NCBI GenBank assembly: GCA_903825355.1
Contig: CAIKAH010000008.1
Span: forward strand, 12,048-76,047
Direction: 5' to 3'
Length of the DNA: 64,000 nt
From: an uncultured bacterium
Lineage (GTDB): Bacteria > Babelota > Babeliae > Babelales > RVW-14
In this document: piece by piece, positions 46,616 to 55,596 of the stretch
Numbering within the stretch: position 1 is the first letter of the stretch
How the letters are laid out: each line of letters begins with the position of its first letter
The notes under the pieces: model-generated
Databases searched by the model: none
What the model was told of the DNA's origin: nothing
The model's input: the letters and a program-made list of their open reading frames with translations, nothing else
Translations under genes and position numbers: made by a program

Positions 46616-47698
46616 TTATTTATTGAAGAAAATCCTTCTAACATAGTCTTCAGCAATACCAAGCAAGTTGCTCGTTAATTGATAAAGCACTACACCCGCA
46701 GGGAATGTTGCAAATACCGCAGCAACCACAAATGCTAAGAACGTGGTCATGACTCGCTTCTTTTCGTCCACTACAGCCATTAAAGAATTTGACCAAATCA
46801 TCGCCAAGCCAACCAGTAAGGGCAAAATGTAGTATGGATCGCGTGCTGATAAATCAACAATCCAGCCAACAAATGGTGCTTGATATAGATCAATATAGTT
46901 ATTCAAAATTCTAAACAAAGCAAACAAAATCGGTAGCTGTATTAACTGAGGCAAACATCCCGCCATCTGACTTGCCGGTGACAAATCATGATCTTTATAA
47001 AACTTCATCAGTTCTTGATATTCCATGCTTTTATCATGGCGATACTTCATTTTAATACGCGTAATTGATGGTTCAAATTTAGCAAAATGATCCGTTTTTT
47101 TACGTGAGTAAATCATTAAGGGGGAGAACGGTAAACGCAATACAATAGTTAGCACAATAATCGCAATGCCAAAGTTACCAATTAGTGAATACAGATACGC
47201 TAGCAATTTGAGAAGCAACATACAGAGACTAGTAAACCACCCAAATGAAAGGAGTGGCGTCAAGCGTTCATCAATTGCTTGCAAGGAAGCTGGCTCTTTA
47301 GGCCCAAGATAAAACGAAAGATTCCATGCCATTTTTTGCGTAGCAACAGGACCTTCAAGAATACTTAGCAACGTAGTCGAATCACAACGTTTAATGTAAG
47401 CACGCTGGGTAAATCTATTAACATCACTCACTAATAGATGAGCAAAAAATCGATCTTGCCCTCCAAAGATTGGCTTCTTATCTAACCAAAACCATGCAAG
47501 CCCTTGACTAGCAGCTGGTTCGTGCGTCTCTACAGAACGCTTAGCTTCGTCCCACGCACAAATGGTCATAGTATCATCACTAATTTCTTTAATACAGGGA
47601 ACCGGAAAGAACAAGCGGGGGGGTAGCTGTAACGCCAGCATGCTTTGGATCAAACATAACTGAGACATCACACCGATAATTATCATGATAAAATACAA
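46616..47698 (-). CDS. yidC: membrane protein insertase YidC, C-terminal (Oxa1-like, 5-TM) portion; frame-shifted relative to the N-terminal portion
   Basis: Conserved insertase core (NFGIAIIVLTIVLRL...PLMIYS, GCLPQLIQLPILFALF). The first about 27 codons overlap the upstream ORF and are probably not native. Confidence 0.8.
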   Translation of the reverse strand: MYFIMIIIGVMSQLCLIQSMLALQLPPRLFFPVPCIKEISDDTMTICAWDEAKRSVETHEPAASQGLAWFWLDKKPIFGGQDRFFAHLLVSDVNRFTQRAYIKRCDSTTLLSILEGPVATQKMAWNLSFYLGPKEPASLQAIDERLTPLLSFGWFTSLCMLLLKLLAYLYSLIGNFGIAIIVLTIVLRLPFSPLMIYSRKKTDHFAKFEPSITRIKMKYRHDKSMEYQELMKFYKDHDLSPASQMAGCLPQLIQLPILFALFRILNNYIDLYQAPFVGWIVDLSARDPYYILPLLVGLAMIWSNSLMAVVDEKKRVMTTFLAFVVAAVFATFPAGVVLYQLTSNLLGIAEDYVRRIFFNK

Positions 47699-48218
47699 AC
47701 GTTTTGGTTACATGATACTGCTCGTTTTCAGCAGCAAATACTACTTCAACGCCGTCATGTCTATCTTTTTTACTTTTCAGCACATAATTAAACGGCGTTT
47801 TATCATCAACAGAAAGGAGAAAAGCTCCTTGTTGACGCTCCACCTCATCATGCACCTTTTTAGGATAAATAGTCCGAAGCGGTTTTTTATCTTTTCCATG
47901 ATGATTCTTAAATGCTAATGACTCTATTACCGCGCCATTAGGAGAGAGGTGTACAACCGTTTTTTTAGTTTCAACCACAACATCCTGAGCAACAGCAGAA
48001 ATACGTGCATTGTCAAATTTCACGCTAGTTACTAGCGGTTTATAAACAGCTTCAGCTGTTGGTACCTGTACTGGTTGACCAGCAGCCAACGAGCGAGCAG
48101 CGCCAACATCAACAGCCCCGCCTTGTGGATTCACTGGCGTCTTTTGCATAATATAATAATTAAAGATCCATACAGACCCAAGAGCAAGCGCCACCGACAA
48201 TATAAACTTCTTATCCAT
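47589..48218 (-). CDS. yidC: YidC N-terminal (TM1 plus periplasmic P1 domain) portion
   Basis: MDKKFILSVALALGSVWIFNYY anchor plus a soluble beta-rich domain. Terminates 8 codons after the C7 run. The two parts sum to about 533 aa, the size of a diderm YidC. Confidence 0.75.
   Translation of the reverse strand: MDKKFILSVALALGSVWIFNYYIMQKTPVNPQGGAVDVGAARSLAAGQPVQVPTAEAVYKPLVTSVKFDNARISAVAQDVVVETKKTVVHLSPNGAVIESLAFKNHHGKDKKPLRTIYPKKVHDEVERQQGAFLLSVDDKTPFNYVLKSKKDRHDGVEVVFAAENEQYHVTKTFVFYHDNYRCDVSVMFDPKHAGVTATPPLVLSGSLY
47617..47623. repeat. G7/C7 homopolymer at the yidC frame junction
   Basis: gcgggggggt read directly. Removing one C joins ...GVTATP to RLFFPVPCIKE... in frame. Confidence 0.9.
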
Positions 48219-48411
48219 TCAAAATACCCTTTGTCATGAAATATGCTATAAAATACGCTATTTTCAATTGAAAGCACATTGTAACAAAGATGCATCTTTC
48301 TTGCTAGGAGTCATTTTTGCCTCCCATGGTTTACAAAGCCAAACCTGCTGTGTAGGATATAATGGTTCTATTTATATATTATGCTAACAAAATAACCGTA
48401 CAGGTCCTGGT

Positions 48412-49167
48412 ATGCTGACACAAAGATATGCTCTGGTTGTTATCGCTACATTACTCATCGCTGGATGTGCAAAACATAAAACTAAAGAGACTATGAATGC
48501 TGAAGAGCTGGCTACCAAAGCACATGCTTACATCAAAAATAAGCGTCATGATGATGCTATTCAATATGTAGGCGAATTGATTTCACGGTATCCTGACCAT
48601 GCCAAAGTAGGCAAATACAAAATTTTACTGGCAGAACTACAGTTCAAAGCAAAAAATTACCATGCCGCAAAAGAGCTTTACGATAATTTCAGCGAATTCT
48701 TCCCAGCAGATAAACATGCTCAATACGCACGCTACAAAACTATCCTTTCCTCTTTCTACCAGACACTGCCAGCAGACTGCGACCAATCATACACTGAAGA
48801 AACTGCACGCCTTTGCAAAGAATATTTAGCAAAATCACCTACGAGCAAATACAGCAAAGACATTGAAAAGATCTTTGCCCAAAGCCAAGAGCGCCTCGCT
48901 GAAAAAGAGGTCTATGTGTTTGATTTCTATCTGCGCAAGCAACAGTTTGATGCTGCCCGCAGCCGTTTGGCCTATTTGAAAGAAAAGTTTGGCAAAGAGG
49001 CCACCCTAGAGCCACGTATTGCTTACCTTGAATATAAGCTGGCACTCAAAGAAAAGAAGTATGATCTTGCCGACGAGCACAAAAATAAGATCTTAGCTAG
49101 TTACCCTAACTCTCGGATTGCTGAGATGACGGTACAACTAGATAATAGGTACAACTTCACGGTCTAA
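48412..49167 (+). CDS. bamD: outer-membrane protein assembly factor BamD-like TPR lipoprotein
   Basis: Lipobox LIAGC. TPR-like repeats with ...YP.H/S... spacing. The EKEVYVFDFYLRKQQFDAARSR segment resembles the BamD C-terminal TPR. Confidence 0.65.
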   Translation: MLTQRYALVVIATLLIAGCAKHKTKETMNAEELATKAHAYIKNKRHDDAIQYVGELISRYPDHAKVGKYKILLAELQFKAKNYHAAKELYDNFSEFFPADKHAQYARYKTILSSFYQTLPADCDQSYTEETARLCKEYLAKSPTSKYSKDIEKIFAQSQERLAEKEVYVFDFYLRKQQFDAARSRLAYLKEKFGKEATLEPRIAYLEYKLALKEKKYDLADEHKNKILASYPNSRIAEMTVQLDNRYNFTV

Positions 49168-49175
49168 ACAACTTC

Positions 49176-49541
49176 ATGCTAGATACAACACTGCTCGGGC
49201 AAAAAGGTGAGGCACTCACGGTGGCTCACCTCCAAAAACAAGGCTTTACCATCCTTTCAACCAACTATCGTACACGCCGCGGCGAAGTTGACGTCATTGC
49301 CAAAAAAGATGATGTCATTGCTTTCGTTGAAGTAAAAACACGTGCCAAAAATTACTTCCCCCTCAGCCAGGTAATTACCAAACCAAAGCAACGTCGCATT
49401 GCCTCGGCTGCCATCGATTTTGCCCTTAAGCATCAGTTAACCCAGAAGATACTGCGCTTTGACGTAGCTATGGTTCAATACACTGATACCAGCCAAGAGC
49501 TGACCTATATCCCTAATGCCTTCCAAGCTGCTCGTCGGTAA
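49176..49541 (+). CDS. yraN: YraN family (UPF0102) endonuclease-like protein
   Basis: 121 aa. GEVDVIA...FVEVKTR motif of the PD-(D/E)xK-like UPF0102 family. Confidence 0.8.
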   Translation: MLDTTLLGQKGEALTVAHLQKQGFTILSTNYRTRRGEVDVIAKKDDVIAFVEVKTRAKNYFPLSQVITKPKQRRIASAAIDFALKHQLTQKILRFDVAMVQYTDTSQELTYIPNAFQAARR

Positions 49542-49677
49542 CTTTTTTTAACGCTGTCATAAAAACCACTTGTTTTCGCTAAAACCACACCACAATTGAC
49601 CGTTTGAATATTTTATCCACCCGTGGTATCCTGAAAACGGTTAAAATATGATATTTTGTGACTTTAGAGAGAAAATT

Positions 49678-52626
49678 ATGCTCAAAATCAAACACAACAT
49701 GACCCTGCACCTTTTACTGCTCACTTTTATGATACATGCACCACTGCACGCAGCAACTGGCTCTCAATCACAAGAAAAAAAACGTGTACGAGATACTGAG
49801 CACGCAGCTACTATGGCTGAACCAGCAGCAGCAGCAACATACGATGCTGAAGCTCCTACCATTGATAACAGTGCTATTGCAGAAGCAGTACTATCAGCAA
49901 TCCGCGGTGAAGATAGTGCCGCATTAACTACCTGTTGCTCTACAACGCCAAAAGAGATACTCATCACTATTCAATTGCCACATCCTACCGATAAAACTGT
50001 TCTTATTTCTCCACTAAAGTACATCACTACAGCATTCCCCCCAGCCGAACGCAAACCAATAGTGAGCAAGATGGCAATCATACTACTCAAAGCATACTCT
50101 AATGCTAGTGATACGGTTATTGAGCCTGTCGATCTCATTTTACAAAACCCCGAGATAGATGAAGAAACACGCTACCAGCTTTTCGTCCTTATACTCGGCG
50201 TAGATAAAGCAGTAGAAGAAGAACTGAAAATCATGTTAAAAAAATTGCACGATGCAGTCGATGTAGAAAAAAATATTGAAACCCTGCTACAACTCGGCAA
50301 TCCTACCCTCCTCAAAGACAATTCTATACTACTTTTAATACTAGCTGGCATCATGCTTCTTGCATCGGAACAAGCACTTCCCATTGATGAAATGCTACGT
50401 GATAAGTTATTTAAAGAGTTCATTGCCGCCGGCTGCTCCGAGGAACAAAAAACATCAGCTATTGGTCAATACATCTGTAATAAATTTTTATGTAACACCC
50501 GCCCTATTTCAGCAGAAGATTTTGATATACTCTGGGCTGAAGCACTCGATGGAAATGCTACATGCCTAGGAAAAGAAAAAGACATACCACTTCATATTGC
50601 GATAGACAATATCCTCACAAGCGCTTTACTTGCTCACGATACCAACGATGAGCTCAAAACACAGATCAATGCTTTTTTTGCAAAACCTGTAGTACAGAGC
50701 CCTGAGCGCACCATTACTATGCGAGAGCACTTATCCTCCCGCAGCAAGGCATGGGAAGCATCACAAACTCCTTCAGCAACCCTTCTTTCACCAGAAAAAA
50801 TCGCACTCGCGCATAGCCGTCTTCCTGCTCCAGTTGTTGACAAACCTACCATCACTGTTATTCCAATACCCGCGTTATTGCAAAGTTCTCCAATCGGCAA
50901 GGCATTGTACAAAGACAGTGCATCAAGTACATGGAGTAAATCTTGCAGCTTTTATGCCATTTTTCACCTCGTCAACCTGTGGCAATACAGAGATAATCCA
51001 GCTGCTCTAAAAGAGCGTCTTGGCCGTAATAACTTCAGTACATTTTTAAGCTTAACTCGATCGGCTGCTGATCTTGTCCCTATGCTCAGAGCACCGGAGG
51101 CTTTGCCTTGTACACTTATTCTTGATGATGAGAAACGATCCCGCAAAAAAGCCACTTACCCTACGCTCACTAAGCACTTAGATACTGCAGCAACTATACC
51201 GCTCGGCGGCAATAGCCTTACTGACGCCTTGCTTACCAGTTATAGCTTCCTCAGTGATGTTTCAGATCAGTCATTGCACTATGCTCCGGTAGTAGCTACT
51301 ACCGGACTTGCATGGCGCGGGGATATTCCTTGTATAGATGGTTTGAGATTTGGCATCACGTACTGCAATGCAAATGGCGACCATAATACCGAGCATACGG
51401 CCTACCTGAAAGCAGCCATTGCCAAACCTGAAGCTTTTGTTTTTCCAGTGTGTATTGAAACGCCAAAACACATGAGCAGCGGACTTGCTTACAAAATAAC
51501 TGATATACCAGGCCAACCAAAACAGTTTTATGTATTCTTTGCTGAATCCAATAACACTCCTGGCCATGAAAATAATGAATCTTCTACAAAGCCTGTTTCT
51601 TCAAAAAAAAGCGGGGCTTTTCATTTCGCAACTTTATTTCAACAATTGTTTGCCTCGTTAACAGATACACCAAGCAGAAATGATGTAGCAGTACTTGGGC
51701 CAGAAGAGACATTTCAAGGCGATGATGCATTTTGTCTATTGGAAAGCTGTAGACGACAAGTAACCTCCCCTGAACAGGTGTACACCTGGCGCTGTCCAAG
51801 TGAAGACATAGCACATATCGAAGCAGCGATTATTGATCATGACAGCCCACTGCTGGATAGACTTTGTGATCAATATGCAGCTAGTGGCATTGACCTAAAT
51901 ACTATCCGCATCAACCGCAACGTCCGCGGAGTTATGAGCGCTCAATCAGTCTCTTGCTCAGTATTAGGTATTGCAGTACTAGAAGACAATGCACAGGCAG
52001 TAAAGGTATTATGCTCTCATGGCGCCACACCACAATTGGCTGCACCACTACAATTCACCGATAACGTAGCTGATGCCTTTTCCCTGGCAATTTACCATCG
52101 CAAATGTAAGGCACTACAAGCCCTCTGCCAGTACGCCTCAGCAGAAATAAACCGCATAAGCGTCGATGATTTTGAAAGACCAACAGCACATGTAGCACTT
52201 TTAATGAAGCTACATAAATCACCAGAAATGGCTGATACCACGTATGAAACCCTATTAATTACCATGGCACAAGCACTGCTAGATCATCGTGCAGATCTTA
52301 GTGCAACCGAACATTTATTCAAGCGAACCTTGTTTCATTTTGCATTGGAAGAACACTACTTCAACTTATTTGAAATTTTATGCCAATACCCTCAGGCCAA
52401 AGATGTCATTAATCAATCAGACAGTTTTGGACATAGCACACTGTACAACATCCTCGATAATCGCAGCATTAATGAGGAACAACGCTATAACTTGACCAAA
52501 ATGGCCCTTGATGCAGGCGCATATTACGATGAATCTCTTCAGCAAGAGGTCAAGCATCGAACCCAAATAAAGTTCTGGCGTCTTGAACCGAGATTGATTG
52601 AACTGTTGCAAGACCATGCACATTGA
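49678..52626 (+). CDS. large secreted protein with degenerate C-terminal ankyrin-like repeats and an uncharacterised central domain
   Basis: Preferred start MLKIKHNMTLHLLLLTFMIHAPLHAATG (signal-like); the ORF track starts at 49648. ANK-like units SVLGIAVLEDNAQAVKVLCSHGATP, AFSLAIYHRKCKALQALCQY, TLFHFALEEHYFNLFEILCQY and STLYNILDN in about 51900-52560. Confidence 0.75.
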   Translation: MLKIKHNMTLHLLLLTFMIHAPLHAATGSQSQEKKRVRDTEHAATMAEPAAAATYDAEAPTIDNSAIAEAVLSAIRGEDSAALTTCCSTTPKEILITIQLPHPTDKTVLISPLKYITTAFPPAERKPIVSKMAIILLKAYSNASDTVIEPVDLILQNPEIDEETRYQLFVLILGVDKAVEEELKIMLKKLHDAVDVEKNIETLLQLGNPTLLKDNSILLLILAGIMLLASEQALPIDEMLRDKLFKEFIAAGCSEEQKTSAIGQYICNKFLCNTRPISAEDFDILWAEALDGNATCLGKEKDIPLHIAIDNILTSALLAHDTNDELKTQINAFFAKPVVQSPERTITMREHLSSRSKAWEASQTPSATLLSPEKIALAHSRLPAPVVDKPTITVIPIPALLQSSPIGKALYKDSASSTWSKSCSFYAIFHLVNLWQYRDNPAALKERLGRNNFSTFLSLTRSAADLVPMLRAPEALPCTLILDDEKRSRKKATYPTLTKHLDTAATIPLGGNSLTDALLTSYSFLSDVSDQSLHYAPVVATTGLAWRGDIPCIDGLRFGITYCNANGDHNTEHTAYLKAAIAKPEAFVFPVCIETPKHMSSGLAYKITDIPGQPKQFYVFFAESNNTPGHENNESSTKPVSSKKSGAFHFATLFQQLFASLTDTPSRNDVAVLGPEETFQGDDAFCLLESCRRQVTSPEQVYTWRCPSEDIAHIEAAIIDHDSPLLDRLCDQYAASGIDLNTIRINRNVRGVMSAQSVSCSVLGIAVLEDNAQAVKVLCSHGATPQLAAPLQFTDNVADAFSLAIYHRKCKALQALCQYASAEINRISVDDFERPTAHVALLMKLHKSPEMADTTYETLLITMAQALLDHRADLSATEHLFKRTLFHFALEEHYFNLFEILCQYPQAKDVINQSDSFGHSTLYNILDNRSINEEQRYNLTKMALDAGAYYDESLQQEVKHRTQIKFWRLEPRLIELLQDHAH

Positions 52627-52716
52627 AAGGCTACTAGTAGAAATGCTTCTTGGGGATTCGCCCTTTAGCAGAAATACATCTAAAACGCGCTACTAAAAGC
52701 AAATTGCCGCAAATAA

Positions 52717-54378
52717 CTAACTTAATTCTGAATGAAAACGCAACCGATCGTGTGCGATTAAGCGCGTAGCGATCACTTTAAACAGCGGAAGGGCAACTTC
52801 TGACGCCCACAATGAAGCCTTCTCTGGCTCTTTGATAAAGGTCACTATCACACGACGGTAGTTGCCGTGCTCAATAATACCACCAAAGCTGTACTGGTGT
52901 AATTGCGTTGAATACTTGCCATCAACAATACAGCGAGCAGTTCCCGTTTTACCCATAATACGCACCCCAGGCAGTTGGTGCTTTTCAGCCACTTTTTCCA
53001 TAATATTTTTCAAATCAGCAATAGCGTCATCACGATAGAGCTTTTTGCCTTTACTACGCTTTTCCTCAAGCAGCACTGTTGGCCGCACATCATAACCACC
53101 ATTTGCTACTATACAAAAAGCGCGAGCCAACTGCATAATCGTCGCCATCATTTCATAACCAAAAGACATAACAATGAGCGATGGCTTACTCCACTGTGCT
53201 GGTGGATTAACAAATCCTGAACGTTCACCAGGGAACTGGACCCCTGTTTTTTCACCAAAACCAAGGCGACGATAATGCTCATACAGTTTTTTATCTAACC
53301 GCTTAGCTACTTTTGCAATACCTACATTACTTGAATAGCGCACTACTTCATTAAACGGCAAAATGTTATTGCATTCTTTAAGCTTATGTAACAAGGTGTA
53401 GGTTGGATTTTCAATTTTTACACCATCAACATACCCAAATCGACCTTCGCAATCAATCTGTTCATCATAAGCCACCACCCGCTCCTCAAAAGCAGCCAGC
53501 GCACAAAATGCTTTCATTACTGAGCCAAGCTCATAGCACTCACTTACTGCTCTATTTTTCATTGCTTCAAATGCCGTCACTCCTTTTTTATTAGGATCAA
53601 ATACAGGATAGCTAGCCAAAGCAATAACATCCCCAGTATCAGGATTAAGCACTACTGCGGTACCAGATTTTGCTTTCAATTCGGTAATTTTTTTCTGTAA
53701 CTCATAAAATACAATTTCTTGTAAATGCCGATCAATCGTAAGCCCCAATTTTTTGCCCTGCTTGCCTGCATTAGTTACCGCCCGATCAAAATAAAATGCG
53801 CCAGAACGAGCATCTTTTTGCAAAGAGAGCGTCTTTGCTTCGCCCCCTAAATGATTATTGAAACTCAGCTCTAGACCTGCAATTCCTATGTTATCAATAT
53901 CAGTCAAGCCAACTAACTGTGCTACCCCTTGGTAAGGATAGTAGCGTGCAAACTCATCAATGAAATGTATGGCTAAGTCAGTGCGTTTTTGCAAAGCTGC
54001 AGCTTGATTATCGGTCATTCGACGAACTAACCACAAAAAATGTTTATCAGGGTGCTTACAAAAACGCTTGAATACCTCGGGAAACTGTTTTTTTATAAAC
54101 TGCATAGTAGAAGATTTTTTTTCTAAGGCACTAGGAACAATAAAGGCAGAAAGTGCCCTTCGATTAAACACTAAAGGGTATTGCAACGATGCATCAAATA
54201 TAACGCCACGGGCAGGCACTACCTTAATTTGTAATTCGTACTGCTGGGCTGCCAATTCTTGAAAGAAATTATTTTGCTTGATTTGTAATAAAAAAAGCCG
54301 AGCCACCACTACAGCAAATAAGCTACAAAAAAACAAAAACACAAGCAACATGCGCAATTTATGATCTCGCCCCAGCAT
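52717..54378 (-). CDS. ftsI: peptidoglycan D,D-transpeptidase (class B PBP, FtsI/PBP2-like)
   Basis: N-terminal TM anchor. SxxK (GSVMKAF), SxN (YSSNVG) and KTG (GKTGTA) motifs in the correct order. Confidence 0.88.
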   Translation of the reverse strand: MLGRDHKLRMLLVFLFFCSLFAVVVARLFLLQIKQNNFFQELAAQQYELQIKVVPARGVIFDASLQYPLVFNRRALSAFIVPSALEKKSSTMQFIKKQFPEVFKRFCKHPDKHFLWLVRRMTDNQAAALQKRTDLAIHFIDEFARYYPYQGVAQLVGLTDIDNIGIAGLELSFNNHLGGEAKTLSLQKDARSGAFYFDRAVTNAGKQGKKLGLTIDRHLQEIVFYELQKKITELKAKSGTAVVLNPDTGDVIALASYPVFDPNKKGVTAFEAMKNRAVSECYELGSVMKAFCALAAFEERVVAYDEQIDCEGRFGYVDGVKIENPTYTLLHKLKECNNILPFNEVVRYSSNVGIAKVAKRLDKKLYEHYRRLGFGEKTGVQFPGERSGFVNPPAQWSKPSLIVMSFGYEMMATIMQLARAFCIVANGGYDVRPTVLLEEKRSKGKKLYRDDAIADLKNIMEKVAEKHQLPGVRIMGKTGTARCIVDGKYSTQLHQYSFGGIIEHGNYRRVIVTFIKEPEKASLWASEVALPLFKVIATRLIAHDRLRFHSELS

Positions 54379-54380
54379 TA

Positions 54381-54977
54381 CTATACCTTCTCGACAGTAA
54401 CATTACTTAATGAAATCCATGCATCGAAAAAAGGTTTTTCATCTGCTGCCAATTGTAGGGATTCTGCCATTAACGACGTATCAAGCCGCGAAAGACGGTC
54501 AGCAATCATTGCTAGATCATGCTCTTTTCTCATAGATGACATAGCTGTTTTTTCCCATTTTGTTTTTTTTACTTCTCTTAGACACCGTGAGCTTATAGAT
54601 GAAGACGAGATATTTTTATACCCAGACTGGAAAGGCAACGTAACGGGAATCCCACAGTGCGCAAGTACTGCTGCTGTGGAAGAAGTTCCCACAAAATCAA
54701 CAACAGCAACACTCGTTGTTGAAATGATTGCTTCTAATGCTATAGGCAGCATGCCTTTCTGTTCTGCCTCCGTCATTAATGTAATAGGCTGTTGCTGTTC
54801 GTATAAGGAAACTAACAATTCATTACGCTCTTTTTCAAGCAGAGCAAATTTCCTCCCCAAACGCTGCTGCTCATACGAAGTCTTGATGTATAGGTTGTAC
54901 TGGTAAATTTTAATAAATACGGTACCAAGAATAAGCAACAACCAAAGGTGTACTGAAATAAAACGAATCTTATACAT
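54381..54977 (-). CDS. FtsL-like bitopic cell-division protein with extended C-terminal domain
   Basis: TM segment ISVHLWLLLILGTVFIKIY followed by a coiled coil (EQQRLGRKFALLEKERNELLVSLYEQ). Its stop lies 2 nt before the ftsI start. Function inferred from position and architecture only. Confidence 0.45.
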   Translation of the reverse strand: MYKIRFISVHLWLLLILGTVFIKIYQYNLYIKTSYEQQRLGRKFALLEKERNELLVSLYEQQQPITLMTEAEQKGMLPIALEAIISTTSVAVVDFVGTSSTAAVLAHCGIPVTLPFQSGYKNISSSSISSRCLREVKKTKWEKTAMSSMRKEHDLAMIADRLSRLDTSLMAESLQLAADEKPFFDAWISLSNVTVEKV

Positions 54978-55092
54978 AGCTATCCTAGGCTTTAAAATAC
55001 CTTCTAAATCAAAACTATCTATACGAGGAGTTTTTTTCTAGATATTATTCTCTATTACAAAATCTGATACTTAAAACCTGCAAGGATCTCTT

Positions 55093-55572
55093 ATGAAAAA
55101 AAAATTAGTTTCCTTTTTAGTGTCAATAACCGTTCTCGTTAGTTTTTCCAGCTGCGACTGGTTTAAAAAACACGATTCATGCTCATCATGCAGCAGGCAC
55201 CAACATTACAAAAAAAAATCTGCAACAGAGCTTGTCCAAACAATCAAATCAAAAGCCGCATTTGAGCAACTTATCACTACCGCTACTCAGCCAGTGGTTG
55301 TTAAATTTGGCGCTCATTGGTGTGGGGCCTGTCAAGAAATGAAGCCTATTCTTGCAGAAGTAGCCGCTGCAACAAAAGACCGTTATATCATTGCCTCAGT
55401 GGAACTTACTGAAGTAAAAGAGCTACAAGAGGAACTCGGAATAAAGGGTATTCCGGTGATCTATCTTTATAAAAACGGCAAGGAAGTGCCTGTCAGCCAC
55501 CATCCGACAGGAGTAATTAGCGCTGAAAAACTACTTATGTTTTTAGCCGAACACTTTGATAAAGCTTCTTAG
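55093..55572 (+). CDS. exported (possibly lipoprotein) thioredoxin-fold protein, WCGAC active site
   Basis: Signal sequence MKKKLVSFLVSITVLVSFSSC. Thioredoxin motif FGAHWCGACQEMKP. cis-Pro region GIPVIYL. Confidence 0.8.
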   Translation: MKKKLVSFLVSITVLVSFSSCDWFKKHDSCSSCSRHQHYKKKSATELVQTIKSKAAFEQLITTATQPVVVKFGAHWCGACQEMKPILAEVAAATKDRYIIASVELTEVKELQEELGIKGIPVIYLYKNGKEVPVSHHPTGVISAEKLLMFLAEHFDKAS

Positions 55573-55596
55573 CCTTCTTTATATTTGGAAATCATT

